This document shows positions 60,864 through 64,000 of a stretch of 64,000 nucleotides of DNA, piece after piece. Position numbers and translations under genes: made by a program. Each line of letters begins with the position of its first letter. Positions within the stretch are counted from its first letter, which is position 1. The notes under the pieces are model-generated. The model worked only from the letters and a program-made list of their open reading frames with translations. It did no database searches and had not been told where the DNA came from. Origin of the DNA: Syntrophorhabdaceae bacterium (GTDB lineage Bacteria > Desulfobacterota > Syntrophorhabdia > Syntrophorhabdales > Syntrophorhabdaceae); contig OY762209.1 in NCBI GenBank assembly GCA_963665295.1, positions 5,216,001 to 5,280,000 of the forward strand, given 5' to 3'.

Positions 60864-61603
60864 AAGGACGCCGGAGAAGAGGCCTTGATAAACGCCCGGA
60901 CAGCTTTATTCAGTTGGGCGGGCTTTTCGATCATCATCATATGGCCCGCGCCCTCGATAAGCTCTATCTTCGAACCCTTTATTTTCCCGTTCAGGTACTC
61001 CGAATACTTGGGCGGAGTGAGGAGGTCCGACAGGGCGCAGACGATGAGAGTGGGAACGCTTATGTTCTCCACGGAACCCATCAGATCAAAGCGGTCGCAT
61101 GCGCGGTAATCGTTGTAGATCGTTCCGGCCTCGCACTTCATCATCTCCTTGAAGCCGTTTTCCTTCAGCGCAACAGGTGCGCCTCTCCCATAGGCCAGAT
61201 CCATGATCAACCTGACAGTCTTTTCCTTGTCGTCCATTATACCCTGGAGGAATTCGGGCATTACCCTGAGCCTCGCCCCCGTTCCCACGAGGATGAGCCC
61301 TTTTACCGTCTCCGGATACGCAAGGACGGAAGACATGGCAATGGCCCCGCCCATGGAATGTCCGCCCACAAAGCACTTCTCTATTCCCAGGGACCGGAGG
61401 GTTTCGAATACGGCGTCCCTATATCCTTCGACGCTGTCCGGCGCCGGTCCGGGGGAACCTCCGTGGCCCGGAAGGTCCACGAAAATGACTTCCATGGAAT
61501 CCTGCAGTTCCCTCTGAAAATACCACGAACCGGAACTGCCCCCTGCCCCATGGATAAAAACGCATTGTTCTCCCGACCCGTACCGCTCGACATGTAAAGC
61601 CAT
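60860..61603 (-). CDS. Alpha/beta hydrolase
   Basis: FIHGAGG, DLPGHG, GHSMGG, GAGHM. Confidence 0.92.
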   Translation of the reverse strand: MALHVERYGSGEQCVFIHGAGGSSGSWYFQRELQDSMEVIFVDLPGHGGSPGPAPDSVEGYRDAVFETLRSLGIEKCFVGGHSMGGAIAMSSVLAYPETVKGLILVGTGARLRVMPEFLQGIMDDKEKTVRLIMDLAYGRGAPVALKENGFKEMMKCEAGTIYNDYRACDRFDLMGSVENISVPTLIVCALSDLLTPPKYSEYLNGKIKGSKIELIEGAGHMMMIEKPAQLNKAVRAFIKASSPASL

Positions 61604-61656
61604 GTTCCCTCCAGAAATGTGTTGAAAAGCCTTAGGTGAAATTATAATATGACGCC

Positions 61657-61935
61657 ATGAGAATTTTTACAATACTCTTTATCGTCCTGGCCCTTGTCTC
61701 GTGCGCAAAGCCCAGAGAAGTCCCCGTGGCCGCGAAGGCGGCCGAGAGTGAGGCTGTCGACGCCCAGTACAAAAAAGAAATGGACGAGATAAAGAAGAGT
61801 CTCAAGGGCGACATAAAGATCAAACTGAAGCGGGACGCCAAAGGTATCTATGTCTGGGAGATCGCGGGAAAGGATGCCCAGGAGATCCTCAGGGCAAATG
61901 ATACCCTGAGAAAGAAACTCGGCGATGCCCAGTGA
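61657..61935 (+). CDS. Small hypothetical lipoprotein
   Basis: LVSC lipobox after hydrophobic stretch. Confidence 0.8.
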   Translation: MRIFTILFIVLALVSCAKPREVPVAAKAAESEAVDAQYKKEMDEIKKSLKGDIKIKLKRDAKGIYVWEIAGKDAQEILRANDTLRKKLGDAQ

Positions 61936-62113
61936 ACCCCGCCACGCTGAGTAGCCGGCTTTCCCGTCCACGGCCCCGGCCCCCGTCACAATACCCCTCC
62001 CTTCTCAAAGCCAGCGCCGGGGGACTGCCCCGTCCCGTAAGGATATCCGGACGCAGGAATAATGTTCCATTACCACTTTAAAAAAAAACCTTTTTGCATT
62101 ACTATATTTATAT

Positions 62114-62410
62114 ATGGCAAGCGAAACTACGGAAGACAGGGGATCAAAAGTTATGAAATATGAATATACGGTGAAGGTTTTTTCTCTGACGGGACTCGAG
62201 GAGAGCGGCGTGGTCACCCACCCCCACAAAAACATCGTGTTCGCGTGCAGGCCCCAGGGGTCCTGCGAAGTCCACGATATAGGAATGGAGCAGATGGAAA
62301 ACCTTTCCGGTTTATTCAACGAGATGGGAGACGAAGGGTGGGAACTGGTTCAACTCGTCTTTCACCAATCCGGCATCGTAAGCTTCTGGAAAAGAGGACT
62401 GACAGAGTGA
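62114..62410 (+). CDS. DUF4177-like hypothetical protein
   Basis: KYEY...FNEMGDEGWELVQ...FWKR; start may be 62153. Confidence 0.8.
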   Translation: MASETTEDRGSKVMKYEYTVKVFSLTGLEESGVVTHPHKNIVFACRPQGSCEVHDIGMEQMENLSGLFNEMGDEGWELVQLVFHQSGIVSFWKRGLTE

Positions 62411-62450
62411 ATTCGCCACTATATATAATAAATTTAAGGGGGTGCTGAGC

Positions 62451-62900
62451 ATGGCAATGATACCGTGGGGGCCTTTGTGGGACACAAGGTTTCCATCCCT
62501 GAGGGATGAAATGGACAAGATGTTCGAGGAGTTTTTCGAGAAGGTGCGGTTTCCCGGCAACCGCGAACACTCCTGGGCGCCTTTGCTTGATGTCTACGAA
62601 ACAAAAAAGGATATTATTATCATCATGGATATTCCCGGCGTCGACCCCAAGGATGTCGCTGTCTCGATCCTGGACGACAGCCTCACTGTAAAGGGGGAAA
62701 GAAAGAAGGAGCCCGACGTGAAACCCGAGGAACTCTACCGGTCGGAGAGGGAATTCGGGCCGTTCCAGAGACTTATTCAACTCCCTTCCGAAGTGTCGGC
62801 GGATAAAGCAAAGGCAACCTATGCCAACGGGGTCTTGAGGATCGTCGTACCGAAAACCCAGAGGTCCGCACCGAAAGAAGTGAAAGTGGACGTTGTATAG
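62451..62900 (+). CDS. Hsp20/alpha-crystallin small heat shock protein
   Basis: PLLDVYE, DIPGV, RSEREFGPFQR, YANGVLRI. Confidence 0.93.
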   Translation: MAMIPWGPLWDTRFPSLRDEMDKMFEEFFEKVRFPGNREHSWAPLLDVYETKKDIIIIMDIPGVDPKDVAVSILDDSLTVKGERKKEPDVKPEELYRSEREFGPFQRLIQLPSEVSADKAKATYANGVLRIVVPKTQRSAPKEVKVDVV

Positions 62901-63041
62901 GACGGCGGTCTCATGGGACGCGACGGGGCTTTATCCCGTAACCCGTAATTGAGTGAATGGCCGCAAGGAACGGCGTTTTCGCCGGATGCAAAAGGTGAGA
63001 TCATAAGTCCCTGAAGAGGGCTCAACAAAGGAGGGCAACCG

Positions 63042-63260
63042 ATGAAGGAAAAAGTGGAAGCGGCAATCAGCAAGATAAGGCCGTTCTTGCAGAGAGACGG
63101 GGGAGATATCGAGCTCGTGGAAATCGTCGACGGGATAGTAAAGGTCCGTCTCAAAGGCGCATGTGGCAGTTGCCCCATGAGCATGATGACCCTCAAAATG
63201 GGCGTGGAAAAAACACTGAAACAAGACATACCCGAGGTTAAAGAGGTTGTTGCGGTATAA
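63042..63260 (+). CDS. NifU C-terminal (Nfu-type) Fe-S carrier protein
   Basis: RPFLQRDGGDI, GACGSCPMS. Confidence 0.93.
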   Translation: MKEKVEAAISKIRPFLQRDGGDIELVEIVDGIVKVRLKGACGSCPMSMMTLKMGVEKTLKQDIPEVKEVVAV

Positions 63261-63407
63261 TCGACGACGTATGGCATAGGCAAAGAAGACCGAGGAAAAG
63301 AAAGAAAGGGGGGGCAACCCCCCCTCAAGTTCTTCCCCCTGCATCACGCCCGTAATACCGTGTGCCGGGGTCGCAACTACAAAAACTTCTGAAGGATCAA
63401 GGTAGCC

Positions 63408-64000
63408 ATGATGAAAGATATCGATCGCGCAGTGCCGCTCCTCAGGCAATTCATCCGCATAAATACCACCAACCCGCCAGGCAATGAAGAAGATGCAGTC
63501 CTGTTTCTTGAAAGTGTGCTCAAGGAAGCGGGCATCGCCTCCACGATTTACCGGTCCGGCCACCGAAGAGCGAACCTGCTCGCCCGGATCAAAGGGAAAA
63601 AGGAAGGGAAACCGATCATTCTACTCAGCCATGTCGATGTGGTGCCCGCAAGGGAGGACGAATGGGATGTCGACCCCTTCGGCGGAGAGATAAAGGACGG
63701 TTTCATATACGGCAGGGGCGCCATCGATATGAAATCCCAGACCATTTGTCAGCTCCTCGCTTTCATTCATCTTGTGGAGGAAGGCATTACGCCCGAAAGG
63801 GACATACTGCTCCTCGCAACGGGCGACGAAGAGGTGGGCGGCAAATTCGGCGCCGAGTACATGGTGAAGGAGGTGCCGGAACTCAGGGATGCATCCTTCG
63901 TGCTGAGTGAAGGGGGCTGGATCACCGAAGAGGCAGGAGTGCTCCATGCACAAGTGTCCGTGTCCGAAAAGAGCCTCGCCCAGTTCTTCATCAGGGCGGA
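63408..64000 (+). CDS. M20/M25/M40 family metallopeptidase (ArgE/DapE-like), truncated by window end
   Basis: INTTNPPGNE, LSHVDVVP, GRGAIDMK, DEEVGG; not in ORF track. Confidence 0.9.
   Translation, partial: MMKDIDRAVPLLRQFIRINTTNPPGNEEDAVLFLESVLKEAGIASTIYRSGHRRANLLARIKGKKEGKPIILLSHVDVVPAREDEWDVDPFGGEIKDGFIYGRGAIDMKSQTICQLLAFIHLVEEGITPERDILLLATGDEEVGGKFGAEYMVKEVPELRDASFVLSEGGWITEEAGVLHAQVSVSEKSLAQFFIRA

Overview
A GC-rich (roughly 55-60%, estimated by eye) bacterial chromosomal window with about 55 genes. Gene content (sigma54 two-component system, multi-PAS regulators, radical SAM and Fe-S enzymes, Sec-type SelD, membrane pyrophosphatase, carD-yacL-ispD-ispF-gltX cluster) suggests an anaerobic deltaproteobacterium/Desulfobacterota, possibly a syntroph (inference, no search run). 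Housekeeping genes: katE, gltX, ispD/F, carD, selD, DEAD-box helicase, hppA, lon, M18 aminopeptidase, Hsp20, NifU-like. One intact IS256-family element with IRs and 8-bp target duplication, and two pseudogenes (PHP-phosphotransferase, DUF72). No rRNA, tRNA or CRISPR array seen. The most striking unexplained signal is a ~180-nt, + strand, highly base-paired RNA-like element (21401-21582). It follows a 13-bp perfect palindrome and lies between a six-PAS LuxR regulator and an uncharacterised GHKL/GNAT - PLP enzyme - GNAT operon. Other highlights: selD with in-frame UGA and SECIS-like hairpin, a HemN-like probable menaquinone methyltransferase, a sigma54 promoter tying a two-component system to a small exported protein, a CRP/HcpR-type operator on a nitroreductase, recurrent leaderless-looking promoters, and a degenerate cyclase-CCHC knuckle-TPR membrane protein.
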